Of a DNA stretch of 64,000 nt, positions 28,510 to 37,527 are shown in pieces. This DNA is from Planctomycetota bacterium (GTDB lineage Bacteria; Planctomycetota; JACOTG01; JAJDCM01). How positions within the stretch are numbered: position 1 is the stretch's first letter; each line of letters starts with the position of its first letter. The position numbers and the translations under genes were made by a program. The notes under the pieces are model-generated. The model was not told the DNA's origin. It did no database searches and was given only the letters and a program-made list of their open reading frames with translations. The DNA lies in NCBI GenBank assembly GCA_029260825.1, contig JAJDCM010000312.1:5215-69214 (forward strand). The letters are read 5' to 3'.

Positions 28510-30759
28510 CTAGGCTCTCATTCCGATGCCGCTCTTGAGATGATCCATCGTATACAGATGATCTTTCCACTTTCCATCCAGGACACGTAAAAGCAAGTAG
28601 CTCTCGACCCGGCGCATGTCTTCGTCGCCAACGATCTTTTCTCGTTCATCGTAAGCGGCGTTGATTCTCTCCATGACGAGACCATGAAGATCGTCCTGGT
28701 TCTTGCCGGTTAGCTCCTCCTCGGTCATGGTGAGCTGGAATCGATGGCGAATGGTCTCGACAAGGCCTGGAACATCCGTTTCCTTCGTGACCGGATCCGG
28801 CGTCAGGTACCGATCCAGGAGCGAGGCAACCACCGATTCAATCATGTCGAAGATCATCTCCCGGAGGTTCTTGCCATCGAGGATGTCCTGCCTCTGGCCG
28901 TAGATGATCTTTCGCTGTTCGTTGTTGACCGCGTCGTATTCGAGAAGACGCTTTCGAATCTCGAAGTTGTGCTCTTCGACCTTCTTCTGCGCCCTTTGCA
29001 CCGCCTTTGTGACCATGGGCGACTGGATGTCCTGGCCTTCCTGGAGACCAAGCCGCTTCAGGATACCCGCGACCATGTCGTTGGCGAAGACCCGCATCAG
29101 GTCGTCTTCGAGGGAAAGAAAGAAACGAGTCGAACCCGGATCTCCCTGACGCCCGGCACGCCCCTTCAACTGGTTGTCGATCCGGCGCGCCTCATGACGC
29201 TCCGTCCCGATGATATGAAGCCCGCCCTTTGCAGGGACACCTTTCCCAAGAACGATGTCGGTTCCACGACCGGCCATATTCGTCGCAATGGTCACCGAAC
29301 TCGGTTGTCCCGCGTTCGCAATGATCGATGCTTCTCGCTCGTGATGCTTGGCGTTCAGCACCTCGTGCTTGATCCCTCGGACATTCAAGAGCTTGGAAAT
29401 CAGTTCGGAGTTTTCAATCGAGGTTGTTCCGACCAGGATCGGACGGCCCTGATTCTGGATGTCCTCCACTTCGATGCAGAGTGCGTCCCATTTCTCCTTC
29501 GAGGAACCGTAAATGACATCGTTGTGATCAAGACGGGTCAGAGGTCGGTTCGTCGGAACCTGAACGACTTCAAGCTTGTAGATCCGATAGAATTCGGATG
29601 CCTCGGTGATGGCGGTTCCGGTCATACCTCCGAGCTTGTCGAACAGTCGGAAGTAGTTCTGGAACGTGATCGTGGCGAGAGTCTGGTTCTCCTCTTTGAT
29701 CTTGAGCTTTTCCTTGGCCTCGATCGCTTGATGCAGGCCATCGCTCCAGCGCCTTCCATCCATGAGACGCCCGGTGAACTCGTCAACAATGACGATTTCG
29801 CCATCCTTGACCACGTACTCCTTGTCTTTCTTGAAGAGACCGTGAGCCCGGAGAGACTGCTCGATACAGTGGGGCCAATCCATGTTCTCGCCGGTGTAGA
29901 AGTCCTCCACCCCTGCCAGCTCCTGGGCTCGCTCGATGCCATTCTCGGTGAGCATCGCCGAGGATTCTTTTTCCTTGATCTCGTAGTCATCACCCTTGAC
30001 CAGCTTTCGGGCCACTCGATCCGCTTCGTAATACTTGCTGGTCGACTCCTCGGCAGGACCGGAGATGATGAGGGGGGTTCGAGCCTCGTCGATCAAGATC
30101 GAGTCGACCTCATCGATGATCGCGTAATAAAGTCGTTTTTGGCACTGATCTTCTGCCCGGGACTTCATGTTGTCCCGCAGGTAGTCAAAACCAAACTCGT
30201 TGTTCGTCCCGTAGGTGATGTCGCTCTGGTAGTGCGTCAAACGCTCTTGCGGACCCATCTGACTCTGGATCGCCCCCACCGACATTCCCAGGGCCTCATA
30301 AACCGGAGCCATCCACTGACAGTCACGGCGAGCGAGATAATCGTTCACCGTAACCACGAAGACACCCCGGGAAAGGAGAGCATTCAGATAGGCGGCCAGG
30401 GTTGCCACGAGAGTCTTTCCCTCGCCGGTCACCATCTCGGCGATCTTCCCCTGATGCAAGACGATGCCGCCCAGGATCTGAACGTCAAAATGACGCATCT
30501 TCAGCACCCGGCGGGATGCCTCCCGCACACAGGCAAAGGCCTCAGGGAGCAACCCATCAAGAGTCTCGCCGTTGCCGAGACGGCGACGAAACTCCGCCGT
30601 TTTGTCCCGAAGTTGCTCATCCGACAGATCGAACATCTGGTCTTCCAGCGCATTCGTCTGGTCAACCAGGGGGTACAGTTCCTTCAGAACTCGATCGTTA
30701 CGAGATCCAAAGACTTTGACAAACCCACGTCCGAAGTTCTCACTCAGCTTGGTAAGCAT
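28510..30759 (-). CDS. secA: Preprotein translocase ATPase SecA, N-terminal about 749 codons ending at an in-frame TAG (28510-28512)
   Basis: VFGSRNDRVLKEL, Walker A MVTGEGKTLVATL, DEVDSILIDEARTPLIISG, TNMAGRGTDI and LKGRAGRQGDPGSTRFFLSLEDDL. The likely start is MLTKL at 30759. The ORF is open to 30798. Confidence 0.93.
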   Translation of the reverse strand: MLTKLSENFGRGFVKVFGSRNDRVLKELYPLVDQTNALEDQMFDLSDEQLRDKTAEFRRRLGNGETLDGLLPEAFACVREASRRVLKMRHFDVQILGGIVLHQGKIAEMVTGEGKTLVATLAAYLNALLSRGVFVVTVNDYLARRDCQWMAPVYEALGMSVGAIQSQMGPQERLTHYQSDITYGTNNEFGFDYLRDNMKSRAEDQCQKRLYYAIIDEVDSILIDEARTPLIISGPAEESTSKYYEADRVARKLVKGDDYEIKEKESSAMLTENGIERAQELAGVEDFYTGENMDWPHCIEQSLRAHGLFKKDKEYVVKDGEIVIVDEFTGRLMDGRRWSDGLHQAIEAKEKLKIKEENQTLATITFQNYFRLFDKLGGMTGTAITEASEFYRIYKLEVVQVPTNRPLTRLDHNDVIYGSSKEKWDALCIEVEDIQNQGRPILVGTTSIENSELISKLLNVRGIKHEVLNAKHHEREASIIANAGQPSSVTIATNMAGRGTDIVLGKGVPAKGGLHIIGTERHEARRIDNQLKGRAGRQGDPGSTRFFLSLEDDLMRVFANDMVAGILKRLGLQEGQDIQSPMVTKAVQRAQKKVEEHNFEIRKRLLEYDAVNNEQRKIIYGQRQDILDGKNLREMIFDMIESVVASLLDRYLTPDPVTKETDVPGLVETIRHRFQLTMTEEELTGKNQDDLHGLVMERINAAYDEREKIVGDEDMRRVESYLLLRVLDGKWKDHLYTMDHLKSGIGMRA

Positions 30760-31016
30760 TGCCTTTATCCTTGTCGCTAGCGCGCATGATGAATCCACTT
30801 CACCCCGACAAATCCCAGGTTAGCGAGGGCGATGAGGGCATGTCAGCCAAGGCCCGGGAGGGCCTCTGGAAGACTTATTTATATATGTTGTCTTTCGGCC
30901 GGAAGAGAAAAAAACCTTCCTTCCCTACTACAAACCCGGTTCGAACTACAGGTGGCAACTGAGATCCGGGCCAGTCTCGACCCCATTACTCCAATCGTCT
31001 CCATGAGGCGAGAGCT

Positions 31017-31841
31017 TTAACCAGAACCGTCAACCAAGTGGGACACCAACTTAAAGAGGACTTCAGTTCTATATGGCTTCACAAGAAAGCCGTCGGCAAG
31101 CTCGGCCCGATCCAGGCTCACCGAGCCCGCCGTGGAAAGAAGCACCCGGACGTTCTTGAACTTCTCATTGCTCTTGATTCTGGCCGTGACCTCACATCCG
31201 TCGATCTTGGGCATCTCGTAGTCCAGCAAGACAAGGTCAGGCTCGAACTTGGCGATCATCTCGAGCCCTTCGGCCCCGTCATAGGCCTTCTTCACTTCAT
31301 AGCCCCTGCGCTCGAGCAGGGCCCCGATCGTATCTGCAATGGGTCGTTCATCATCGACAATGAGGATCAGGCCCTGCCTGGACTGAGGTTCCGCCTTCGG
31401 GAGATCTCTCACCGTATCCATGAGATCCCGGAGGGTGGGGATCCCCGCCTTGTACCAGGTTCGTTCGATCCGGTCCTTGAGCTTGAAGTTCATTCGCTTC
31501 AGCTCCACCCAGGCGTCGTAGTCCGCCATATCTGGCTCGATGGACATCTGGTCGTGGGTATCGACCTGAAAGAAGAACTCGTCCTCGAACAAATACTCCT
31601 GGAGAACGAACTTCATGAAAGGATAGATGCCACTCCCGAGACGAAGAATGTAGCGGTGAGCCGAAAGGTGGTCTCCCTCATGGCTCTCGTCCTCGAACCC
31701 AGCGAGGCTCTCTTCAACCGTGGAATCGGGTGCCAGCTGGAGGGGGATCGTCTGCTTCTCGGGTGCGTCTTCGAACGCAATTTCGAGATAGAGACGTAGG
31801 GCCGCCTCAAGCTGAGCCAAACTGATCCGGTTAAGCTTCAT
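31017..31841 (-). CDS. Response regulator with a C-terminal receiver domain and an uncharacterised N-terminal domain of about 150 aa
   Basis: LILIVDDERPIADTIGALLERRGYEVKKAYDGAEGLEMI...PDLVLLDYEMPKIDG...STAGS...KP. No recognisable output domain. Confidence 0.8.
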   Translation of the reverse strand: MKLNRISLAQLEAALRLYLEIAFEDAPEKQTIPLQLAPDSTVEESLAGFEDESHEGDHLSAHRYILRLGSGIYPFMKFVLQEYLFEDEFFFQVDTHDQMSIEPDMADYDAWVELKRMNFKLKDRIERTWYKAGIPTLRDLMDTVRDLPKAEPQSRQGLILIVDDERPIADTIGALLERRGYEVKKAYDGAEGLEMIAKFEPDLVLLDYEMPKIDGCEVTARIKSNEKFKNVRVLLSTAGSVSLDRAELADGFLVKPYRTEVLFKLVSHLVDGSG

Positions 31842-31871
31842 GCAGGATCACAGGTGCACCGGATAACAGCC

Positions 31872-32840
31872 TCATCCCCAGGGCGTTGGCTCCGGCATGA
31901 CCAAGGTTCCAATGAGCGACCGGATCTGCTCGATCCCCTCATGCTCAAGGAGTCGCTCCAGTTCCGTAAGGATCCGAATCATTGCCTGCGGGTCAAGGAA
32001 GTTCGCCGTCCCCACCTGAACCGCACTCGCTCCGGCGACCAGGAACTCGAGCACGTCTTCAGCGCACGAAATGCCCCCTACCCCGATGATCGGGACCCTG
32101 CAATGGGTGCTGACAAGGGATACGAGTCGCAGAGCGACCGGCTTGATCACGGGCCCGGATAACCCTCCGTAGCCCGATCCAAGGATGGGTCTTCGCTTCT
32201 TCCAATCAACGGCAAGACCAGGGATGGTGTTGATGAGGGTGATCCCGTCGGCCCCCGCCTCTTCCGCCGCCGACGCAATTGCGACCACGTCGTTTGCTTC
32301 CGGAGTGAGCTTTGCCCAGACGGGAAAGGGTGAGACCTTTTTTACGGCGCGAACGATGTCCCCGACGATGTCCGGGCGTTTGGCATAGTCCATTCCGGTT
32401 CGCGAGACATTGGGGCACGAGAGATTGAGCTCAAAAGCGGATATCCCCACGACTCCCGAAAGACCTTCGGCGAGCCTCGCGAATTCGTCCGGACGGGCCC
32501 CGGCAATGCTTGCGACCACGCAGGTGTCGCTCTCACGGTAGGCATCTGCATACTTGGCACAAAAACCGACCATCCCCGGATTCTGCAGGCCGATTGAGTT
32601 CAAGAGTCCGGATTGAACCTCGACCGTCCGGGGAGGTGGATTGCCTTTTCGAGGGGTTGGGGTGACCGTCTTCAGGACGATGCCACCAAGATCCGACCGG
32701 GAGAAGAACGGGTCCCCCACGTCTCCCATCCCGAAAGTACCCGAGGCAGCCAACACCGGATTCTTGAGAGAAAGAGGTCCGACCTGAACCTCAAGGTTCG
32801 GTTTCCGAACTTCTCTTTGCAGGTCCTCGGTCGGTGTCAT
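31872..32840 (-). CDS. pyrD: Dihydroorotate dehydrogenase (class 1 catalytic subunit)
   Basis: LKNPVLAASGTFG, GLQNPG, ELNLSCPN, GLSGPVIKPVALR and IIGVGGI. ATG 32840 lies just after the upstream gene's TAG. The ORF is open to 32897. Confidence 0.92.
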   Translation of the reverse strand: MTPTEDLQREVRKPNLEVQVGPLSLKNPVLAASGTFGMGDVGDPFFSRSDLGGIVLKTVTPTPRKGNPPPRTVEVQSGLLNSIGLQNPGMVGFCAKYADAYRESDTCVVASIAGARPDEFARLAEGLSGVVGISAFELNLSCPNVSRTGMDYAKRPDIVGDIVRAVKKVSPFPVWAKLTPEANDVVAIASAAEEAGADGITLINTIPGLAVDWKKRRPILGSGYGGLSGPVIKPVALRLVSLVSTHCRVPIIGVGGISCAEDVLEFLVAGASAVQVGTANFLDPQAMIRILTELERLLEHEGIEQIRSLIGTLVMPEPTPWG

Positions 32841-32841
32841 G

Positions 32842-33204
32842 CTAGGCCTCGAGGCCCTCCTCCTCGATCCGTTTGCACTCGATGCAAAGTCTGGCATGGG
32901 GAATGGCCTGGAGACGGGGTTTTGCGATCGCCGATTTGCAGCCCTCGCAGGTGCCGAACTGGCCTTCTCGAATCCGATCCAGGGCCTCCATGATCTCGCG
33001 CACTTCTTCGTGCTCGCTTTCGATCAACCCGAGGGTGAAGTCCTGCTCGTAGCTATCAGACCCGGCGTCCGCCATGTGATCGACGGAGAAATCTTGCTTC
33101 CCGTCACGAAGGGCTTCGCTCTCCATCTGACTGGCAAGGCCAAGGAGAGTCCTCCGCCGCTCCTGCAGGAGCTTCTCGTATTTTTTCAGTTCCGATGCTT
33201 TCAT
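32842..33204 (-). CDS. DksA/TraR family C4-type zinc-finger protein
   Basis: Coiled-coil N-terminus and CEGCKSAIAKPRLQAIPHARLCIECK. Confidence 0.85.
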   Translation of the reverse strand: MKASELKKYEKLLQERRRTLLGLASQMESEALRDGKQDFSVDHMADAGSDSYEQDFTLGLIESEHEEVREIMEALDRIREGQFGTCEGCKSAIAKPRLQAIPHARLCIECKRIEEEGLEA

Positions 33205-33447
33205 CTAGAGCTGAATCCTTCGCATGAGAAAGGCTCGAGCTTGAACTCGATTCCTCGAGTCTTGAACCCGATCCTCTGTTGAAACGGAATCAAAATAGGC
33301 GAGAATCAGCCGCTTGGAGGATCCCGTTCACCTCCTCCATCAGGGCGCGGGCGAAGGAGTATAGCCCGGGTTCTTTTGGCTGTCAACCTCACCGGCTCGA
33401 GGGGCATATCGGGCTGGCAAAACCCTCCTCAGCAGAGACCGGGTCGG

Positions 33448-34485
33448 CTAGAACTGGGCCGGTTGCGTTCCGAGGTGGTGAAGGAGGCTGGCGGTTCCAA
33501 GGCCCTTGGTGCCACCACCAAAGCTCTTCACGATCATCCCCAGAATCGGAGGGTCATTCACCCGGTTTCCGGACCCGCTGAAGAATCCTTCGGCGCCGTC
33601 GACCGTCATCCAACCCGTCTGGACCGAAGGCGGTCCAAACTCGTGCCTGTCTCCGCCGAGGTTCTTCACCACGTTTGAGATCTGGTCCAGAGTCCCGGAC
33701 CACCAGCAATTGAAAACGAAGTCACGAGAGAACTTTTCTTCCCGGTTGTTGAAGATCAGGAACTCAGGATTCACCGTCAGGGTCGGGTTGCCTGGCGAGA
33801 ACAAGACCAGAGTATCCGTGGTCTTGGGGCCCTGCTGGAAGAAGCTCGAAACGATCAGTCGATCGGGGAAGGCTGCGTACTCGGAGCCGTCAAAGTCCAT
33901 CAGCCCATTCGCAGTTCCACCGTTGGCCACGGAATCGGTGAGGCAATGCCCTCCTCCCGTCTGATCGGGACAGGGAACCAGCGGGTCTTGCCCCGGCAGT
34001 GCCTGGAAGGCAATCGCCGGTACCTGCCACACGAAGCCGAGCTTTGAATCAAAGACGACCTCATCACCGATCAGGTAGTCATAATCGATCCGCTCCTCGG
34101 TTTCCGGGTCCTCGGCCACCACGTACACATACCCAAACGAACCTTCGGGATTGTGCTGAGAAGCAAGAACGGTGTGGGTGTCTCCCGGGGTGAGGAACTG
34201 AGTGCGGTTGAACTCGAGGCAGTCGACACCATCAATATAGTAGTAGTGAATCTGAACGTCGCCCTGCCGGAAACTATTGGGAGAAACCCGACGTGAGGTG
34301 TTGACATTGGTGACGGTCAGGATGGAGAGCTTTCCCGGGCGCGCATCAAAGAACGGAAAGATGAGCACGCTACCGGGCTCATATTCCCGAGGTTGTGCTT
34401 GCACACTCATCGCCGGAACCAGGTATGTACCTAGCATGAGGACAAGAGCAGCAAACAGCTTCGCAACTTTGAAACGCGGATTCAC
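33448..34485 (-). CDS. Secreted protein, unrecognised family, paralog A (the divergent member)
   Basis: GTG start with GGAGA upstream. Signal peptide ...VPAMSVQA|QP. Shares GSVLIFPFFD, LTVTNVN, FRQGDVQIHYYY, LTPGDT, DYLIGD, MDFDGSEYAAFPDRL, FNNREEKFSRDFVFNC and a terminal Phe with the three genes at 35097-38541. Confidence 0.8.
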   Translation of the reverse strand: MNPRFKVAKLFAALVLMLGTYLVPAMSVQAQPREYEPGSVLIFPFFDARPGKLSILTVTNVNTSRRVSPNSFRQGDVQIHYYYIDGVDCLEFNRTQFLTPGDTHTVLASQHNPEGSFGYVYVVAEDPETEERIDYDYLIGDEVVFDSKLGFVWQVPAIAFQALPGQDPLVPCPDQTGGGHCLTDSVANGGTANGLMDFDGSEYAAFPDRLIVSSFFQQGPKTTDTLVLFSPGNPTLTVNPEFLIFNNREEKFSRDFVFNCWWSGTLDQISNVVKNLGGDRHEFGPPSVQTGWMTVDGAEGFFSGSGNRVNDPPILGMIVKSFGGGTKGLGTASLLHHLGTQPAQF

Positions 34486-35029
34486 CTTGGCGGATCTCCA
34501 TGGGCTCCCGTGAATGGGTTTCTTGGACCCAGCTCACCAGAACCGTTTTCACTTCGAAAACCAAACGGACGAAGTAATGAGTGGAGAGGAGTACAAAAGG
34601 CTCAGAAAATCGGCCATCTCCTGACCAATCGTTACACGATCGGGAGATCGACCTTCCGCGAGGACATGGGTTTGAAACACCCTACGACACCCAACAAACA
34701 TCCTCGAACTGAAGGCCGAGGCACTGCGGGTACGTCACACTTCTTTTACTCGTCCACGGTGAAGAGACCTTGGTGGACACCCCTGGATTAGCAAAGGGTG
34801 TACCCGGTGCTCCAGAGTTGCCGAGATTGTGTTCATCTCCGTGCCAACCCGGGAAGAAATCGAAGGTTAGCTCTTCATTTCTTTTCGACCTCCGAGGAAG
34901 GAGACGTGATTCGACTCGAGGCGCCGTGGAATTTCGTGAACAGCAATGACACGGACTTGCGCAAAAGCCCCCTGGCAGTGGTTCCTTAGCCGCCGGTGCA
35001 ATTTGGCAACATCACGAGTGGACGTTCAT

Positions 35030-35063
35030 AAAAAAAAGCGGAGGCCCAAAAAGGACCTCCGCT
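35030..35063 (-). terminator. Intrinsic terminator after paralog B
   Basis: On the minus strand: agcggagg-(11-nt loop)-cctccgct followed by tttttttt. It sits 34 nt downstream of the stop at 35097. Confidence 0.8.
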
Positions 35064-35096
35064 TGAAGCTAGTCAGTGAACTAGCAATCTCGCGAC

Positions 35097-36089
35097 TTAG
35101 AAGAGGCGCGGGATCGAAGCAGTCTTGGTTCCGCTGTACTGAAGCTCACGACCGGCGACAAAGCTGTCTGCGCCGATGGCTGCGGTGTGAGAGAACACAC
35201 CGAGGATGCCGTGATTTGCTTGCGAGCGAAGTCGGAGCCAACCATAGTTGATGCCGAGAAGCTCAGCCGTGTCTGCATCCGTGGCCAAGTTGGCCTGGGT
35301 GACAGCCTGGGTGATCTCGCCGAGGGTTCCCATGAAGTAGCAGTCGAACGGGAAGGTTCGGGAGAAGCGTCGCTCGTTGTTGTTCCAGCCCAAAACGGAC
35401 AGGTTGGTGTCTTCTGGCTGAGTACTCATGAGGAAGATCATGTTGCCAAAAGTGACGCCAGGACGATCATCGTCGGTGCCTTCACCGAAGAAATGGTCGA
35501 GATACAGGGTCTCAGGGAATTCGTTGTATTCCATGCCATCGAAATCGATCTGGCCGTTGTCCATATCGAGAATCGGGCGACCACAATCGTCATTCATGGT
35601 CGATTGAGTGGTGTCGGTGAAGAGCGCCTCGAATGCATAAGGCGTGTAGGCCCACTGGAAGTCAAACTCGGAGTTGACAACAATGGCGCTACCGATCAGG
35701 AAATCGAACTGGGTCGGGACGAGTTGCTCAGGATCGCGAGCCTCGACAACCAGGTATCCCTTCTCAAAGTTGGGATTGTGGCCACGGGCCAAGACGGTGA
35801 TGGTATCGGCAGGGGTAAGATCTTCCTGCGTATCCGTTTCTGCGCAAGTCTCACTGAAATAGATGTAGTGGACCTGAATGTCACCTTGGCGGAAACCGTT
35901 GTCACACGAGTTCTCATCTTCGTTCGTGTTGGTGACGGTGAGCAAGGTGTTGTTGCCTGCCGTCGAGTTGTAAAGCGGGAAGATGAGAAGGCTAGCCGGC
36001 TGCGAATGTAGCGGCTGAGCCATTGCGGGCGCACTTAGAACGCCCAGAGCCAGCACACAGGCCAGCACTCCAACATACTTCTTGGACAT
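35097..36089 (-). CDS. Secreted protein, unrecognised family, paralog B
   Basis: ATG 36089 is preceded by AGGAGG. Signal peptide MSKKYVGVLACVLALGVLSAPAMA|QP. Conserved blocks are listed in the finding. Ends ...IPRLF. The ORF is open to 36137. Confidence 0.8.
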   Translation of the reverse strand: MSKKYVGVLACVLALGVLSAPAMAQPLHSQPASLLIFPLYNSTAGNNTLLTVTNTNEDENSCDNGFRQGDIQVHYIYFSETCAETDTQEDLTPADTITVLARGHNPNFEKGYLVVEARDPEQLVPTQFDFLIGSAIVVNSEFDFQWAYTPYAFEALFTDTTQSTMNDDCGRPILDMDNGQIDFDGMEYNEFPETLYLDHFFGEGTDDDRPGVTFGNMIFLMSTQPEDTNLSVLGWNNNERRFSRTFPFDCYFMGTLGEITQAVTQANLATDADTAELLGINYGWLRLRSQANHGILGVFSHTAAIGADSFVAGRELQYSGTKTASIPRLF

Positions 36090-36370
36090 GAAAAATACCC
36101 TCCTTCGAAAGGATTCCATCGAAACTCTTCTTAGCAACTGGGGTGAAGTATCCCCGATACATGTAAATCAAATGCAGTAGGTAGAGAGGTCCACCACATG
36201 GCGAATGTGGGGGATCTTGGGAGGGAGGCCTAAGTGATTTAGCACCGCCTGAAAACTCGAAGCTCCAGATGACATCCGAGTCTAGACCCCTACTGAGGAA
36301 GCGTCATTCTACTCTTCCTCGCTCTTCCTGTAAAGTCAAAAAATCATACAATCTCAAAAACCACCTATCT

Positions 36371-37372
36371 TTAGAAGCGCGGCAGGCAAACAACTCGTCG
36401 CCCTGAGAACTGAAGCTCGCGTCCCGCAGTGAAGGGAACGCCATTAATCATGGTGGTCTCCTTGAAGACCCCGAGCATGCCCTCGGTAGGAACGGCGAAA
36501 TCAAGCCTGAACCAACCCGTCTCAATTCCCCCGAGCTCCCCGTCGTCACTGTTCGTTCCAAGTGACGTCTGGGTCGCGGCCCCGGTGAGATCCTGCAGGG
36601 AACCAACCCGGTGGCACCCGACGTGGAAATCTCGAGAGAATCTCCTCTCATTATTGTTGTATCCGGTCATGAAGACGTTTCGGATCAACGGATCGGTGGT
36701 CGAATCCGTCGACATCAGATACAAGACGTTGTCAAAACTCACGTTCCCGGCGTCTCCCGATCCAAAGAACTTATCGAGATAAAGACGATCAGGAAAAGCG
36801 GAGTACTCGGCACCATCGAAATCGATCTTGTCGAAATCAGCCAGGTTAGCCGGGGTGTCCGTGAAGATTCGCAAGCAGTCGTCGGCGTCACCTGCCGTAA
36901 CCAGGGCTTCGAAGCCATAGGGCGTGTAGGCCCACTGGAAGTCGAATTCACTGTTGACAACAATGGCGCTACCGATCAAGAAATCGAAATCGATCGGGAA
37001 GTTGGTCTCCGGATCTCGAGCCTCGGCTACAAGATATCCAACTTCGAAGTTGGGATTGTGGCCTCGAGCCAGAACCGACTCGGTGTCGGCAGGAGTGAGG
37101 TCTTCGTCCGTATCGGAGGCCTGACAGGTCTCACCGTCGGTGTAGACATAATGAACCTGAACATCGCCATTACGAAAACCGTTCCCGCAGGTTTGCTCAT
37201 CAGCGTTGACGTTGGTCACGGTGATGATGGTGTTATTTCCCGCCGATGAATCGAAAAGCGGGAAGATAAGGATGCTCGCTGGCTTTGCGTGCACAGGCTG
37301 AGCCTGTGCCGGGGCATTGATCAAGCCCACGGTCAACACAGCGGCGACCCCTAGAATTCCAATTACCCTCAT
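36371..37372 (-). CDS. Secreted protein, unrecognised family, paralog C
   Basis: ATG 37372 is preceded by GAGGGGAG. Signal peptide MRVIGILGVAAVLTVGLINAPAQA|QP. Ends ...LPRF. The ORF is open to 37465. Confidence 0.8.
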   Translation of the reverse strand: MRVIGILGVAAVLTVGLINAPAQAQPVHAKPASILIFPLFDSSAGNNTIITVTNVNADEQTCGNGFRNGDVQVHYVYTDGETCQASDTDEDLTPADTESVLARGHNPNFEVGYLVAEARDPETNFPIDFDFLIGSAIVVNSEFDFQWAYTPYGFEALVTAGDADDCLRIFTDTPANLADFDKIDFDGAEYSAFPDRLYLDKFFGSGDAGNVSFDNVLYLMSTDSTTDPLIRNVFMTGYNNNERRFSRDFHVGCHRVGSLQDLTGAATQTSLGTNSDDGELGGIETGWFRLDFAVPTEGMLGVFKETTMINGVPFTAGRELQFSGRRVVCLPRF

Positions 37373-37425
37373 TCTTCTACTCCCCTCGCAGAGATAAAAC
37401 CTCGTGAATGAACTTAGAAGTCCAA

Positions 37426-37456
37426 GGAGGAAGGTCGAGAGGCTCGGCCTTCCTCC
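37426..37456. other. GC-rich hairpin in the spacer between paralogs D and C
   Basis: ggaggaagg-t-cgag / ctcg-g-ccttcctcc. There is no clear U-tract, so this may be an intercistronic stabiliser or a weak terminator. Confidence 0.35.
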
Positions 37457-37527
37457 TCGGGACAAAAGCTTTTCTTCAAGAGGGCGATACTGCGTGCCCT
37501 TTGGGAGATCTCTCCCGGCGACTCACC

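Noticed and set aside
28510-28512. Genome-wide reassignment of TAG as a sense codon
   Set aside because: TAG terminates several well-delimited genes in this same window (927-929, 21074-21076, 32842-32844, 39590-39592), and their protein ends match family expectations.
28744-30780. Long antisense ORFs: 678 aa opposite secA, plus 14685..16088, 25429..26553, 27000..28130, 18593..19597, 13127..14131 and similar
   Set aside because: Each lies opposite a gene with unambiguous conserved motifs and has an Arg/Gly/Leu/Asp-skewed composition. They are typical stop-poor reverse frames in GC-rich DNA.
30920-30945. tRNA-like GGTTCGAAC motif in the secA upstream region
   Set aside because: No acceptor, D or anticodon arms can be drawn around it. 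It is an isolated T-loop-like hexamer.
34510-34791. 93-aa plus-strand ORF in the leader of paralog A
   Set aside because: It has no ribosome-binding site and an odd composition, and it is oriented against all neighbouring genes. The region is treated as non-coding.
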